Positions 10,509 through 20,517 of a DNA stretch of 52,085 nt are shown here, one piece after another (position 1 is the stretch's first letter; the number at the start of each line of letters is the position of its first letter). The notes under the pieces were generated by a model that saw only the letters and a program-made list of their open reading frames with translations, was not told the origin of the DNA and searched no databases. The translations under genes and the position numbers were made by a program. This DNA comes from Promethearchaeota archaeon (GTDB taxonomy: Archaea > Asgardarchaeota > Lokiarchaeia > Sigyniarchaeales > SOKP01), in contig JAGXNO010000025.1 of NCBI GenBank assembly GCA_019894975.1, positions 1-52,085 of the forward strand, read 5' to 3'.

Positions 10509-10674
10509 ATTTATAATCTAAATAAGTTTGAATAAAATTCTACTGGAGACCAATTTTTGATACAGACTGGTTGAAACAATAACTTAGCTATTATATTCAA
10601 ATTTTGAGAATGAAGAAAAAATATCTATCAGATAAAAGCACAATAATTAAAAATTTTTGAATATATTTTGTTTT

Positions 10675-11154
10675 ATGACTAAAATTGTAATGGTTACAAG
10701 TAAAGGAGACATTAATCTTCAGTTATTTGATGCAGATGCTCCAATGACCGTGGCTAGTTTTTTGTTTTTAGCTAAAGAAGGATATTATAATGGTTTAAAG
10801 TTTCATCGAGTCATATCAGATTTTATGATACAAGGTGGATGCCCACTAGGTAGTGGAACAAGCGGACCAAGACAGAAGAATATTGCTTCATTTCCATTTC
10901 AGGGAAAAAACATAGCTTACCCTTTTAAGGATGAATTTCAATCAGGGAAAAAATTTAATAAACCAGGGATTTTAGCGATGGCAAATGCGGGGAAAAATAC
11001 TAATGGTTCTCAATTCTTTATTACCCACGTCCCTACTCCACATCTTAATAATAACCATACTATATTCGGAGAAGTAATTGATCCAAACGCTGATCAAAAA
11101 ATTTTAGACTCAATATCTAAGGGAGATACAATAAAGGAAATTAAAATTGAATAA
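10675..11154 (+). CDS. Cyclophilin-type peptidyl-prolyl cis-trans isomerase
   Basis: FHRVISDFMIQGG, LAMANAG, NTNGSQFFIT, HTIFGEV. ATG at 10675 preferred over TTG at 10657. Confidence 0.93.
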   Translation: MTKIVMVTSKGDINLQLFDADAPMTVASFLFLAKEGYYNGLKFHRVISDFMIQGGCPLGSGTSGPRQKNIASFPFQGKNIAYPFKDEFQSGKKFNKPGILAMANAGKNTNGSQFFITHVPTPHLNNNHTIFGEVIDPNADQKILDSISKGDTIKEIKIE

Positions 11155-11367
11155 ACCTCAAATAAAAACCTATTTTTTTACTTTTTTTTGAAGGAGAAGC
11201 ACTCTTTTCACTACATATCTCAATAAGGTAACTAAAAGTTTATAGCATTTAACAACATTAATATATTTGAAACTACTAAATTTCTAATCAAATTAATATT
11301 AGAAACTAACGCCATGGATAAAGATTTATTGGAATATAAATTATAATAAATTTTAGATGCTAATGCT

Positions 11368-12915
11368 ATGGATGAAGATTTAAAGGATTTAATTAATACT
11401 GTCGAGGAAGAAACCAAAACGCGAGCAGTTTTGGAGGCAGAGATTAATTCTTTGAAAGAAGATGTTAATCGCTTGAAATTTACTATAAGAGAACAGCATT
11501 TATTAATCGAGGAACAAGGAGACCAGATCAGTTTCGCTCAAAGCGACCTGCCCAGTGAAATCAATATATTAAAGGAAATGATTACATCTCAAAGGAGAGA
11601 TTTAGGGAAGCGAGATAATAACATTGATTTATTAAATAATAAACTTGATGAACTAACGAATCAAATGGGCAAAGCAAAAGACTCATCGGGCGAAGTTCAT
11701 AAGAATGATTTATTTGAAGCTCAAGAGCTGATATTAAAATTATCCCAAGAAAGTGAAGAATATAGAAATCATATTGAGGTATTAAAAAATCAGCTTGAAT
11801 CTATAGAAAAAGAAAAAAGTGCTTTAAATGAGACTAACGTGGCCCAAACTGAAGAGAACGAAGAAATGGTGAATATCAAACGGTTGAATTTTCAACTTAT
11901 GGAACAAAACGGCATATTACGCATTGAAATAGAATCTCTAAAAGCAAAAATTAATGATAGAATTAGTGAGGAAAATTCAGAAGTATTAGCGTTAGCAAAT
12001 GAAAAAATTGAAGAACTTAACTCAGAAGTCTTATCCCTAAAAACCCAAATTCAAGAACAGACTGAAAAAGTGAGTATAGAGGAACTAGAATTAGCAAATA
12101 AAAAAATTGAGGATTTAGTTTTACAAATAGAAGATTATGATACTCAATTAAAGTTCTTACAAAAAGAACTAGAAAAAATCGTTGAACCCGCAATAATTTC
12201 TACTGAAGATGCATTAAAATTCGCAGAATTAAGAGAAGCGTATGAACAACAAAAATTTGAATTGGTAGAAACCCAATCGGAAAACACAGAACTCCGAAAA
12301 TTGATATCAGAAATAGAAGACTACGAAGCTCAGTTAGAAATCTTGCAAGGAGAACTTCAGAAAGCTGAGGAACCTCCCATAATCCCAACTGAGGATGCAT
12401 TGAAATTTGCAGAGTTAAGAGAGGAGTATGACCAGATGACCTCTAGTTTAGTGAAATATGAAAAGGAAAATGAAGATCTTAAGAAAAAGTTGGTAGAACT
12501 GAATTCAATTCAACAGGAAACTATTGATAAAGATATCCCAACTTCTTCTGTTGCATATGATTTTCCAAACCATTTCCAGATTTCTCTTTTTAAAAAAATG
12601 TATAAACTCCTTGATGAAGATAATAAAAAAGCAGTGATAAATACCCTTATTAATGATTTAAATAGTAAAAATAATGAAGTTAAAAGAACAGCCATTAGAA
12701 TTCTAAGTGAGATTAAAGATAAAAAAGTGTACGAAACATTCATTGAGTTAGTCCATGATGAGGATTGGTTAATTCGATATAATCTAATAAAAGCCTTAAG
12801 TAAATTTGATTTTGAAACAGAAGAATTTAAGGAATTATTGAAGAAACTCTCCAGAGATGCAGATGTTGACGTTAGGGAGCTTGCAGTAAAAATGCTTAGT
12901 GAGATATCTAAGTAA
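11368..12915 (+). CDS. Long coiled-coil protein with C-terminal HEAT-like repeats
   Basis: About 380 aa of E/K/L/Q heptads, then LNSKNNEVKRTAIRILSEI, HDEDWLIRYNLIKALSKF and DADVDVRELAVKML (HEAT/PBS-like). Confidence 0.8.
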   Translation: MDEDLKDLINTVEEETKTRAVLEAEINSLKEDVNRLKFTIREQHLLIEEQGDQISFAQSDLPSEINILKEMITSQRRDLGKRDNNIDLLNNKLDELTNQMGKAKDSSGEVHKNDLFEAQELILKLSQESEEYRNHIEVLKNQLESIEKEKSALNETNVAQTEENEEMVNIKRLNFQLMEQNGILRIEIESLKAKINDRISEENSEVLALANEKIEELNSEVLSLKTQIQEQTEKVSIEELELANKKIEDLVLQIEDYDTQLKFLQKELEKIVEPAIISTEDALKFAELREAYEQQKFELVETQSENTELRKLISEIEDYEAQLEILQGELQKAEEPPIIPTEDALKFAELREEYDQMTSSLVKYEKENEDLKKKLVELNSIQQETIDKDIPTSSVAYDFPNHFQISLFKKMYKLLDEDNKKAVINTLINDLNSKNNEVKRTAIRILSEIKDKKVYETFIELVHDEDWLIRYNLIKALSKFDFETEEFKELLKKLSRDADVDVRELAVKMLSEISK

Positions 12916-13684
12916 CCTTAAAATCATATTCCTGCTTAAGTTTTGATAAAAATTTGTGTACTTCTCCTCTGGATAGATGATCAGCTAAAAATAACGGCTC
13001 TGGTTGTCTATGACCTAGGGATGTAGCTAAACAAATTGCTACAGCTGTATCAAGGGTTATCTTATATCCCACACTTATGAATACAGGTTTAGATTCATCA
13101 TTCAAACATACAGCATAACCCAGTAAATCGTTTTGTGGGCTAGTAGTTTTTGATTTCGGCTTCATTGCCCAAATTGGAGTAGAATTACTTTTGTATCTTT
13201 CCATTCTTTTCCATTTTGAAAATCCAATATATGGATTTTTTGCTACCCCAATACAAGGAATATTTAAAGAATATCCGAGTTGAACAGCTTCACCAAAATT
13301 TCTTGGATGTACTATCCCATGACCATCGCACATGATAAGATCTGGATTGTAGGATAATTTAGAAATAGATTTAACCAATAAATTACATTCTCTAAACCCT
13401 AAAAATCCTGGTTTATAAGAGAAGTTTATGATGTCTTGAACAAAAGTTTTTTTTTCTACTATTTGTTCCTCTACATTCCAAGCCACAGCACATGCAACAC
13501 CAAATTCTTTTCCTCCACTCTTATAATAGGATATATCTACTCCTACAACAGTTTTAATCTCCTCTACATTTTTTATAAAAGAATTATCTTGTTCATCTTC
13601 AACAATTTGGTTATATTTTAGTTGAAGTAATTTAGCTTCTTCAATCGAGAGATCGTTTCTTAATAATTCATCTTTAAAGATCAT
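12908..13684 (-). CDS. nfi: Endonuclease V
   Basis: VGVDISY, YKPGFLGFRE, CDGHGIVHPR, IGVAK, PVFISVG, RQPEPLFLAD. Confidence 0.92.
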   Translation of the reverse strand: MIFKDELLRNDLSIEEAKLLQLKYNQIVEDEQDNSFIKNVEEIKTVVGVDISYYKSGGKEFGVACAVAWNVEEQIVEKKTFVQDIINFSYKPGFLGFRECNLLVKSISKLSYNPDLIMCDGHGIVHPRNFGEAVQLGYSLNIPCIGVAKNPYIGFSKWKRMERYKSNSTPIWAMKPKSKTTSPQNDLLGYAVCLNDESKPVFISVGYKITLDTAVAICLATSLGHRQPEPLFLADHLSRGEVHKFLSKLKQEYDFKVT

Positions 13685-14753
13685 CTAAATAAATTACCTT
13701 ATTGGTATTTGAGGCTTTATAAATTCCAAAAATAATTTTCATTGTTTCTAAATTATCTTTCCCACTGCTAAAAGGTTCCTCATCATTTTGACAACACTCG
13801 ATAAAGTGAATTACTTCATTGATAAACGGATTATCACCTACAAACGGATTAGAATCAGAATCTATAGAGATAAAATCCCCTATCTGTGAAGATTTTCTTT
13901 CTTTATCTACCTTAGTAGATGATAGTACTGCATTACCAATTTGATAATGAGATACTTTCTGGGGAGGAGGGTTAGAATAAATTGTTCCATAATCTCCAAA
14001 GATCATGTATTTTACATTCCAAGGAGTTCTACCTACCGATAAACTCCCTAAAATGTTCCCTATTGTACCTTTTTCAAATTCTAAAGTGGCACTAGCATAA
14101 TCTTCAGCACCATTTATAAACAAAGGAGTCGTTGTCTTGCAAATCCCACTTACTCGTTTTACATTTCCAAGATAATATCTTAAAAGATCTATTACATGAA
14201 TTGAAAGTGTAATCAAAACTCCACCACCAGCACGATTTCCGTCAAACATCCAATGGTCTCGGGGTAATATTGTTGACTGTTTAAGAAGTGAATCTCCTCG
14301 AACGGCTCGAATCGGGCCCAATTCTTCATTTTGAATAATTTTTACTACTGCTTGTGATGATGGTAGATAGCGGAGAACTTGAGCAATCATAAAATTAACT
14401 CCTGCTTTTTCAGTTGCTTGGACCATATCTTTACAATCCTGTATTGTGGTAGCCATTGGTTTTTCAAGTAATATATGCTTTCCAGCTTCAGCTGCTAATA
14501 TGGTTTGTTTTTTATGTTGATCATGGATTGTACATATATCGATAGCGTCGAGATCCTCATCCTTAAGCATTTTCTCGAAATCAGTGTAAATGGCTCTAAC
14601 ATTCGAAGTTTTGCCATAAACCTTTACAGATTTTTCATTTATATCACAAATAGCAGTTAATTTTACCTTTTCTGAGAATTTAAGATAAGCTGGAAGGTGA
14701 GCATAACCCATTGCCCCAGTTCCCACAAGCCCAATTTTTAAAGGTTTTGGGAT
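13674..14753 (-). CDS. Gfo/Idh/MocA family NAD(P)-dependent oxidoreductase
   Basis: Rossmann KPLKIGLVGTGAMG, GKHILLEKPMA, GGGVLITLSIHVIDL. The Rossmann beta-1 strand lies upstream of the GTG at 14726, so the start is placed at ATC 14753 (uncertain). Confidence 0.85.
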   Translation of the reverse strand: MPKPLKIGLVGTGAMGYAHLPAYLKFSEKVKLTAICDINEKSVKVYGKTSNVRAIYTDFEKMLKDEDLDAIDICTIHDQHKKQTILAAEAGKHILLEKPMATTIQDCKDMVQATEKAGVNFMIAQVLRYLPSSQAVVKIIQNEELGPIRAVRGDSLLKQSTILPRDHWMFDGNRAGGGVLITLSIHVIDLLRYYLGNVKRVSGICKTTTPLFINGAEDYASATLEFEKGTIGNILGSLSVGRTPWNVKYMIFGDYGTIYSNPPPQKVSHYQIGNAVLSSTKVDKERKSSQIGDFISIDSDSNPFVGDNPFINEVIHFIECCQNDEEPFSSGKDNLETMKIIFGIYKASNTNKVIYLDDL

Positions 14754-14760
14754 ATTAGAT

Positions 14761-15597
14761 TCACCGATTTAAAAATATTTTCTTAATCATCGAATCTCCT
14801 ATAGGTATAAATCTCTGAAAAACACCAGGAGTAATTAAATCATCAGGAATCAGTGCCGCCCAATCCTGTGCTCTATCAACTTTAACTTTTACCATCCCAT
14901 TAATTCTTTCTTGAACACTGATAGGTCCATAAGAGAATACTAATACAACATCTTTTCGTACGGGATGAACTACAGCCATGTTATTAATCCCCCATGCTTC
15001 TCCCGAAGGAATAATAACATCTCTTTCGGTCAAAGAAGGATCTGAACTGATTTCAAGCGATAAATGTGTTATCCCTTCCTCTAAAACAACTGTATTTTCT
15101 CTTGTAACTGTAATATTAAACAAACGCTTGGGAAATCCCCAATCTACACCCATTTCCATCATCAACCATGTTTCAACAGGCATGCTTAATACAAACCAGG
15201 TTTCTTTTCCATCAGGACGCATACATTTGATCATTACCATTCCCTCATTATATCGTCTGATAGGAGATCCATAATTGTAATCAACAGTAACTAAGGATAC
15301 GATTGGATCTTCAGGCATGATGAGATGGTTTGGGATGAAGGATTTATAAAGTTCAAGATTTACAGGTTTGAATGCAGAAAAGATACCGTTTGTCCCTATA
15401 TCTCCTCCAACCTTAACTGTTTTAGGATCCTTTGCAGGTCTTCCACTTGAACCCTCACCCCAATTGATAAATTCTTCAATATCATCGTTTTTAACAAAAT
15501 TACGTACACGTTGGATGAGCATTCCACTATAATATGCATGTTCTTCCTTATTTTTTGGGTTTAGACCTCTATTTTTTGATTCTGTCATTATTAACAC
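14761..15597 (-). CDS. Acetoacetate decarboxylase (ADC)-fold family protein
   Basis: Y.E...MIKC segment and MGVDWGFPK, resembling the G.E.WG.PK Schiff-base lysine motif of the ADC superfamily. Confidence 0.6.
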   Translation of the reverse strand: MLIMTESKNRGLNPKNKEEHAYYSGMLIQRVRNFVKNDDIEEFINWGEGSSGRPAKDPKTVKVGGDIGTNGIFSAFKPVNLELYKSFIPNHLIMPEDPIVSLVTVDYNYGSPIRRYNEGMVMIKCMRPDGKETWFVLSMPVETWLMMEMGVDWGFPKRLFNITVTRENTVVLEEGITHLSLEISSDPSLTERDVIIPSGEAWGINNMAVVHPVRKDVVLVFSYGPISVQERINGMVKVKVDRAQDWAALIPDDLITPGVFQRFIPIGDSMIKKIFLNR

Positions 15598-15785
15598 TTA
15601 TCTTGATACTTTCGTTATATTCTTTGATTATTTTTTACTTTATTTATAATTTATAGTAAATTGAATTACTAGTATACTTAAATCCAAGGTGGTTTTAAAA
15701 GATCTCTTTCTAAATTCTAACCGTGAAATTCATAATTCAGAAATTCCTAATTTTAATAAATAGAATTAATTTAATAGTAAGAACA

Positions 15786-16589
15786 ATGAAAATCGCAGTT
15801 TCTGGAAAAGGGGGAGTTGGGAAAACTCTTGTCTCTGGTACGTTAGCAAGGATGTTTGCGAAAGATGGTTTTAAAGTCTTAGCAATTGATAATGATTCTG
15901 CAATGAATTTAAGTTATACCTTAGGGATCGATCAAGAAACTAAAGATAAAATTGTACCAATTTCAGAGATGAAAGCCTTAATAGAGGAAAGAGTCACAGT
16001 AAAGGGCGCAGGTGCGGGAGTGTATAACATTAATCCTAAAGTTTCAGATATTCCTGATAAATATAAAATTACAGGACCAGATGGATTAGAACTCTTAGTG
16101 TTAGGATCAATAGAAGAACCTGAAACTGGATGTCTTTGTCCTGAAAATGCTTTGATAAGAACATTATTGCATAATTTGTTTGTAAAACGGGAGGAAGTTA
16201 TTGTAGTTGACTTTGAAGCCGGATTAGAACATTTAGGAAGAGGAACCGCAAAGGGGATTGATGTAATGTTGGTAGTAACTGAACCTTCTCAAAAATCATT
16301 AGATCTTTGCAAGAAAATAATTGATTTATCTAAAAAACTTGGAGTTATCAATATCTATCTAATTGCTAATAAAATAACAGATGGTTCTCAAAAAGAGATA
16401 ATTAACAAGCGTATTAATGATTGGGAGGTTCCACTTTATCATTCCATTCCTTTTGATTTAGAAATAGGAAAAGCTGATTTAAACGGAGAGTCTCCTATTG
16501 ATTCTAACCAAGATTCTCAAGCAATTCAAGCCATTAAGAGTTTATATCTTAAGCTAAAGCAATTGAAAAAAGACCTTTTTGATTTATAG
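15786..16589 (+). CDS. cooC: CooC/AcsF-type nickel-insertion ATPase
   Basis: MKIAVSGKGGVGKT, GCLCPEN (CxC nickel site), DFEAGLEHLGRGTA. Confidence 0.9.
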   Translation: MKIAVSGKGGVGKTLVSGTLARMFAKDGFKVLAIDNDSAMNLSYTLGIDQETKDKIVPISEMKALIEERVTVKGAGAGVYNINPKVSDIPDKYKITGPDGLELLVLGSIEEPETGCLCPENALIRTLLHNLFVKREEVIVVDFEAGLEHLGRGTAKGIDVMLVVTEPSQKSLDLCKKIIDLSKKLGVINIYLIANKITDGSQKEIINKRINDWEVPLYHSIPFDLEIGKADLNGESPIDSNQDSQAIQAIKSLYLKLKQLKKDLFDL

Positions 16590-16722
16590 AATCTTAAAAA
16601 CCCTAGTTCTCCAAAATCTATACTGTTTCTTAAGATATATATATTCTATATAGTTCACTTATATATACCTAAACTATACTTGGTGCATTGGAGATAATCC
16701 AAAATTATTAAAAAATTATAAT

Positions 16723-16926
16723 TTGGAGGGTGAAATAATGAAGCTGAAGAAAAATGAAAACCTTCTAGTATTAGGAATGTATTCATTAATCATCGCATTC
16801 GTTCTAGAAATGGCAAGTAGCAACAGTCCTGTAGCTAACATTATAGTTCTATTATTTCTTGGATTAGCTATTTACTCCAATGCTAGATATGTGATATTAA
16901 CTTCCTTAGAAAAAAAGAAGGTCTAG
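16723..16926 (+). CDS. Small 2-TM membrane protein
   Basis: Two hydrophobic helices and a basic tail. Probable ATG at 16738 after GGAGGGTG. Confidence 0.6.
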   Translation: MEGEIMKLKKNENLLVLGMYSLIIAFVLEMASSNSPVANIIVLLFLGLAIYSNARYVILTSLEKKKV

Positions 16927-16927
16927 T

Positions 16928-17074
16928 CTAACTGGAATTTTCACTACAGATAATCCCACATTTAGGACAAAACTTTGGTTTTTCATTCAAATCTATCCCA
17001 CAATACTTACAAGTATAATGTGACGGTTGATCTGATTTAATAGGTATTTCCTTTTTTTTTTTCTCCAAAATCAT
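16928..17074 (-). CDS. Small zinc-ribbon protein (48 aa, not in the ORF track)
   Basis: Hand translation MILEKKKKEIPIKSDQPSHYTCKYCGIDLNEKPKFCPKCGIICSENSS* with CxxCG-x9-CPxCG. Confidence 0.7.
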   Translation of the reverse strand: MILEKKKKEIPIKSDQPSHYTCKYCGIDLNEKPKFCPKCGIICSENSS

Positions 17075-17119
17075 TAATTTAGAGACTGTTAATCAAAAGA
17101 AGTTAAAAATAATCCTTGG

Positions 17120-17362
17120 TTATAGTACATCAGATAGATCTAAATTTTGCTCTTCTGCAATTTCCTTCCATTGTTCAATCGCTTCTAATGCTTCTTTCTC
17201 ATTTATCATTTCAATTGCATAACCAGCGTGGACAATAACAAACTTTCCAACCTCAGGATTTTGAATTAGAGCTATAATTACTTTTTGCTTAATGCCATCA
17301 AAATCAATTAGAGCTGAATTTCCATCGATATTCAAGATTTTCCCAGGTATTGCTAAACACAT
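17120..17362 (-). CDS. hypC: Hydrogenase maturation chaperone HypC
   Basis: MCLAIPG N-terminus and VIVHAGYAI. Confidence 0.95.
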   Translation of the reverse strand: MCLAIPGKILNIDGNSALIDFDGIKQKVIIALIQNPEVGKFVIVHAGYAIEMINEKEALEAIEQWKEIAEEQNLDLSDVL

Positions 17363-17528
17363 AAAAAATCAATTAGAACTTTAATTCTGATATATTAGGT
17401 AATGGGCAAAACCACTTAAAATTTCTGATTCACATTTAGAAGAGAATCCTTTATTTTTAAGTAGAATGAAGACAATATTTTACTAATAAAATTGGTTAAT
17501 AATCAGTGAATCAAAAAAGTGAAAATCT

Positions 17529-18074
17529 ATGTTCTTAGATAAATTTAAAGAATTTCCTAAGAGTAAAATTATATACTTAATAACCTTGGTAGGATTTTTA
17601 ATAGTTCTTTTGGCGGAAATATTCGTTTTTATACCAATTGAGGGATCTATTTCTACATATGGTATCTTGGATTACGAATTTGCCTGGACCTCAAGCAGAG
17701 CTGAGATTATCCTGTCTGTGTGGGGTGCTGATGGAATTGATAGCCAGGTTACAGCAATATATTGGGATTTCCTTTTTATTGTGGGTTATGCATCATTAGC
17801 ATTTGGTTTGATAGTCATAACTCTACGGAAATCTGAGAGCAAGGTTCAGACAATTGGGATCTATGTCTCTTTTACTCCCTTTTTAACAGGATTTTTAGAT
17901 GTGGTAGAAAATATTTTTCTCATTTTGATGACCAGATCTCCAACTTCAGTCACAGATGCTCATCCAATAATTGCTTCTTTAAGTGCAACATTGAAGTTCG
18001 GTTTTCTGTTTATTGGAATTATCTATTTCGTTATAGCTGTAATATTTTTAGTAATCAACAAGATTAAAAAATAA
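17529..18074 (+). CDS. Membrane protein (4 TM)
   Basis: Four hydrophobic helices with DFLFIVGY and DVVEN motifs. Function unknown. Confidence 0.7.
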   Translation: MFLDKFKEFPKSKIIYLITLVGFLIVLLAEIFVFIPIEGSISTYGILDYEFAWTSSRAEIILSVWGADGIDSQVTAIYWDFLFIVGYASLAFGLIVITLRKSESKVQTIGIYVSFTPFLTGFLDVVENIFLILMTRSPTSVTDAHPIIASLSATLKFGFLFIGIIYFVIAVIFLVINKIKK

Positions 18075-18117
18075 AATTACCTAAAGGCAGTTATTTACGA
18101 AATTCAACTTATATTTT

Positions 18118-18918
18118 TTATTCTCTCCTAGAATAAAAAGCGATCAAATCATCCAACCAATTAAAGACTTCTTCCTTTGATAAACTATCAATGTTGAACT
18201 TCAAACGTTCTAATTCCCGAAGTAAATTCTTGATATCTAATGGAACGGGATTATGGCACAATTCAAAAAGGTATTCATTAGTTTTTGCTACCAGTGACTT
18301 GATGCTCGAATCCATAGGATCGAACATAGATTTTTTAGTGACTTCACTTATCGATTTATCTAATTCAACTAGATGATTGATCAAGTCAAATAACCGACTC
18401 GTTTCATTGCCTTTAAAAGAACTCTCTACTTGAAAATAAAACCCTCTATAGTCATCGATAGGTATAAGCTCCATATATCGATTGTCTATTCTTATTACCG
18501 ATTTTACATTTTTATAAAGGTTTGAGGGTGCCCAAGAATAGATATCATAACTCGATTCTATCTTTTCATTGTGAACAATTAATCTAAATTGGTGCTCATC
18601 TTTAAAATAACCAAAAGGAATAATGACAAAATCCAGAGAGTTTATGGGTTCTTTATCTAAAACATATTTGAGATTATTTATCATATGTACTTGATCAATA
18701 GAATGCTTATAAAGATCAAATCTGATTTTTGTTGAATGTGGTTTATACATATAAAAAAGTATCCCTTCAAATCCCTTTATGTCTAATTCAATTGAAAATT
18801 CAATTTGCTCTCGTATAATATTTCTATTATTAAACCGAATATTCAAAAATAAGTGATAGTAATTTTCAATATGCTGAAAGAACCAAGGAACCTCCCGATT
18901 TAAATTATAAGTTACCAT
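18118..18918 (-). CDS. Hypothetical protein (266 aa)
   Basis: Long ATG-started ORF with no recognised motif. Confidence 0.65.
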   Translation of the reverse strand: MVTYNLNREVPWFFQHIENYYHLFLNIRFNNRNIIREQIEFSIELDIKGFEGILFYMYKPHSTKIRFDLYKHSIDQVHMINNLKYVLDKEPINSLDFVIIPFGYFKDEHQFRLIVHNEKIESSYDIYSWAPSNLYKNVKSVIRIDNRYMELIPIDDYRGFYFQVESSFKGNETSRLFDLINHLVELDKSISEVTKKSMFDPMDSSIKSLVAKTNEYLFELCHNPVPLDIKNLLRELERLKFNIDSLSKEEVFNWLDDLIAFYSRRE

Positions 18919-19075
18919 AATTAGCTCAATCTAAGTCTATGAGTATAATATTCTTATGTTCTTAAAGTCTAAGAACTCCAAACTATTAAAGATATCTTTA
19001 TTATTTAAATTTATCAATCTAAGAAACATAAAATAAAGAAAATAAAAAAAAATAAAATAGTTTATTGATTTTAGC

Positions 19076-19942
19076 TTAAAGGTTTTCTATAGCTGTATTT
19101 CGTCTAGTTCGATGGTTTTTTAAACCGATCTCCTCAGAACTAACACCCATAGCCAAAGCTAATAATTCTGTTATATACAGTATTGGAATATTGTATTCCG
19201 TTTCAAATTTCTTTGATAGATTTCGTTGTTCTCCATCTAATCGTTGATAACATGCAGGACAGTTTACAACAATACAGTTTGCACCAGATTTTTTAATCGA
19301 ATCAAATTTTTGCTTTAGTATCGCATCTCCGTATTCTGGAAATGGACCAGCAACAGCATTTCCACAACATAATGCTAATTCATCATAATCGACTACATTA
19401 GCTCCTGATACTGCAACGATTTCTTTCAAATTTTCTGGACGTAATGGATCATCAGATTCCATCCATTCAGCAGGACGCATGTAATGACATCCAGGATGAC
19501 AAGCAACCTTTAGATCACTCATTTGCTTCGTAATTCCACCTTTTATCGAATCCAATTTTGTCTTTAAAACATCGACAAAATGTTTTACATCAATTGAACC
19601 CTTATATTCTTTCCCAATCTTTGCTAATTCTTTATTAATTGTGTCTTTTTTATGGGAATCATGTTTTAACTGGTATTGTACTCCACGAAGCGTATTTGTG
19701 CAACCGTTACAGAGGGAAAGAATATCTTTACCTTCTGCTTCTGCTAAACATATGTTTCGAGCGCCTAAAGCGAGCCACGCTGTATTATCAAAGCTTTTTA
19801 CTCCAGTAGGATCTGGACAACAAGCGAATGGAGCTTGTGATGTTTTAATCCCAATTTTGTCTAAAACTTTTCTGGAGGAAGCTTCTAAGTATGGAAGCCT
19901 GTTTCCAATTACACACCCTTCAAATAATTTATATTCTGTCAT
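19076..19942 (-). CDS. hdrB: Heterodisulfide reductase subunit B
   Basis: Two CCG domains (GC...CCP...CNGC and HPGCH...CCG...CPAC). ATG at 19942 preceded by GGAGG. Confidence 0.92.
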   Translation of the reverse strand: MTEYKLFEGCVIGNRLPYLEASSRKVLDKIGIKTSQAPFACCPDPTGVKSFDNTAWLALGARNICLAEAEGKDILSLCNGCTNTLRGVQYQLKHDSHKKDTINKELAKIGKEYKGSIDVKHFVDVLKTKLDSIKGGITKQMSDLKVACHPGCHYMRPAEWMESDDPLRPENLKEIVAVSGANVVDYDELALCCGNAVAGPFPEYGDAILKQKFDSIKKSGANCIVVNCPACYQRLDGEQRNLSKKFETEYNIPILYITELLALAMGVSSEEIGLKNHRTRRNTAIENL

Positions 19943-19955
19943 TTTTATCCCTCCA

Positions 19956-20480
19956 TTATAATTTTTTATCAACACCAATTGCTTTTAATAAAGTTTGAAC
20001 TTCATTTACATCTGGTGCTGCTACAGCTGGTAATCCTAATTGCTCACGTCTCCTCTCGATCGCGGGTTGAGATGGAATAGCTTTTCCGTTCTCAAAAACA
20101 GCTTGTGTTTGAGCCACAACATTATCTGGGGCTAAACCTGCTCCAGTGGTTATGTTTTTTGCCAAAGCTATAATCTCAGTGACCTCAATTCCTTGCGGAC
20201 ATACCTCATCACAAGTATCACATACTGTACAACCCCATGGCACTATCGCCGATTTTGTACCAGCAAGAGCCATGACAACATCTTTATATCCTAACAATGT
20301 ACCTAACACTATTAATCTAGGATCAAATATGTTTTCGTAGAATGGGTTAGCAACTGCCGCAACTGGGCAATTGTCTGTACATCTACTACATTGGTAACAG
20401 TATTTAATCTTATCTGATGACACATGAACATCCATGATCAATTTTCTAAATTCAAAATCTATACCTAATGGTAATGTCAT
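19956..20480 (-). CDS. hdrC: Heterodisulfide reductase subunit C
   Basis: CYQCSRCTDNCP and CTVCDTCDEVCPQG (two [4Fe-4S]). Directly upstream of hdrB. Confidence 0.9.
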   Translation of the reverse strand: MTLPLGIDFEFRKLIMDVHVSSDKIKYCYQCSRCTDNCPVAAVANPFYENIFDPRLIVLGTLLGYKDVVMALAGTKSAIVPWGCTVCDTCDEVCPQGIEVTEIIALAKNITTGAGLAPDNVVAQTQAVFENGKAIPSQPAIERRREQLGLPAVAAPDVNEVQTLLKAIGVDKKL

Positions 20481-20517
20481 ATTTTATCACATTTTTTTTT
20501 CGAATTTTTTTTTATTT

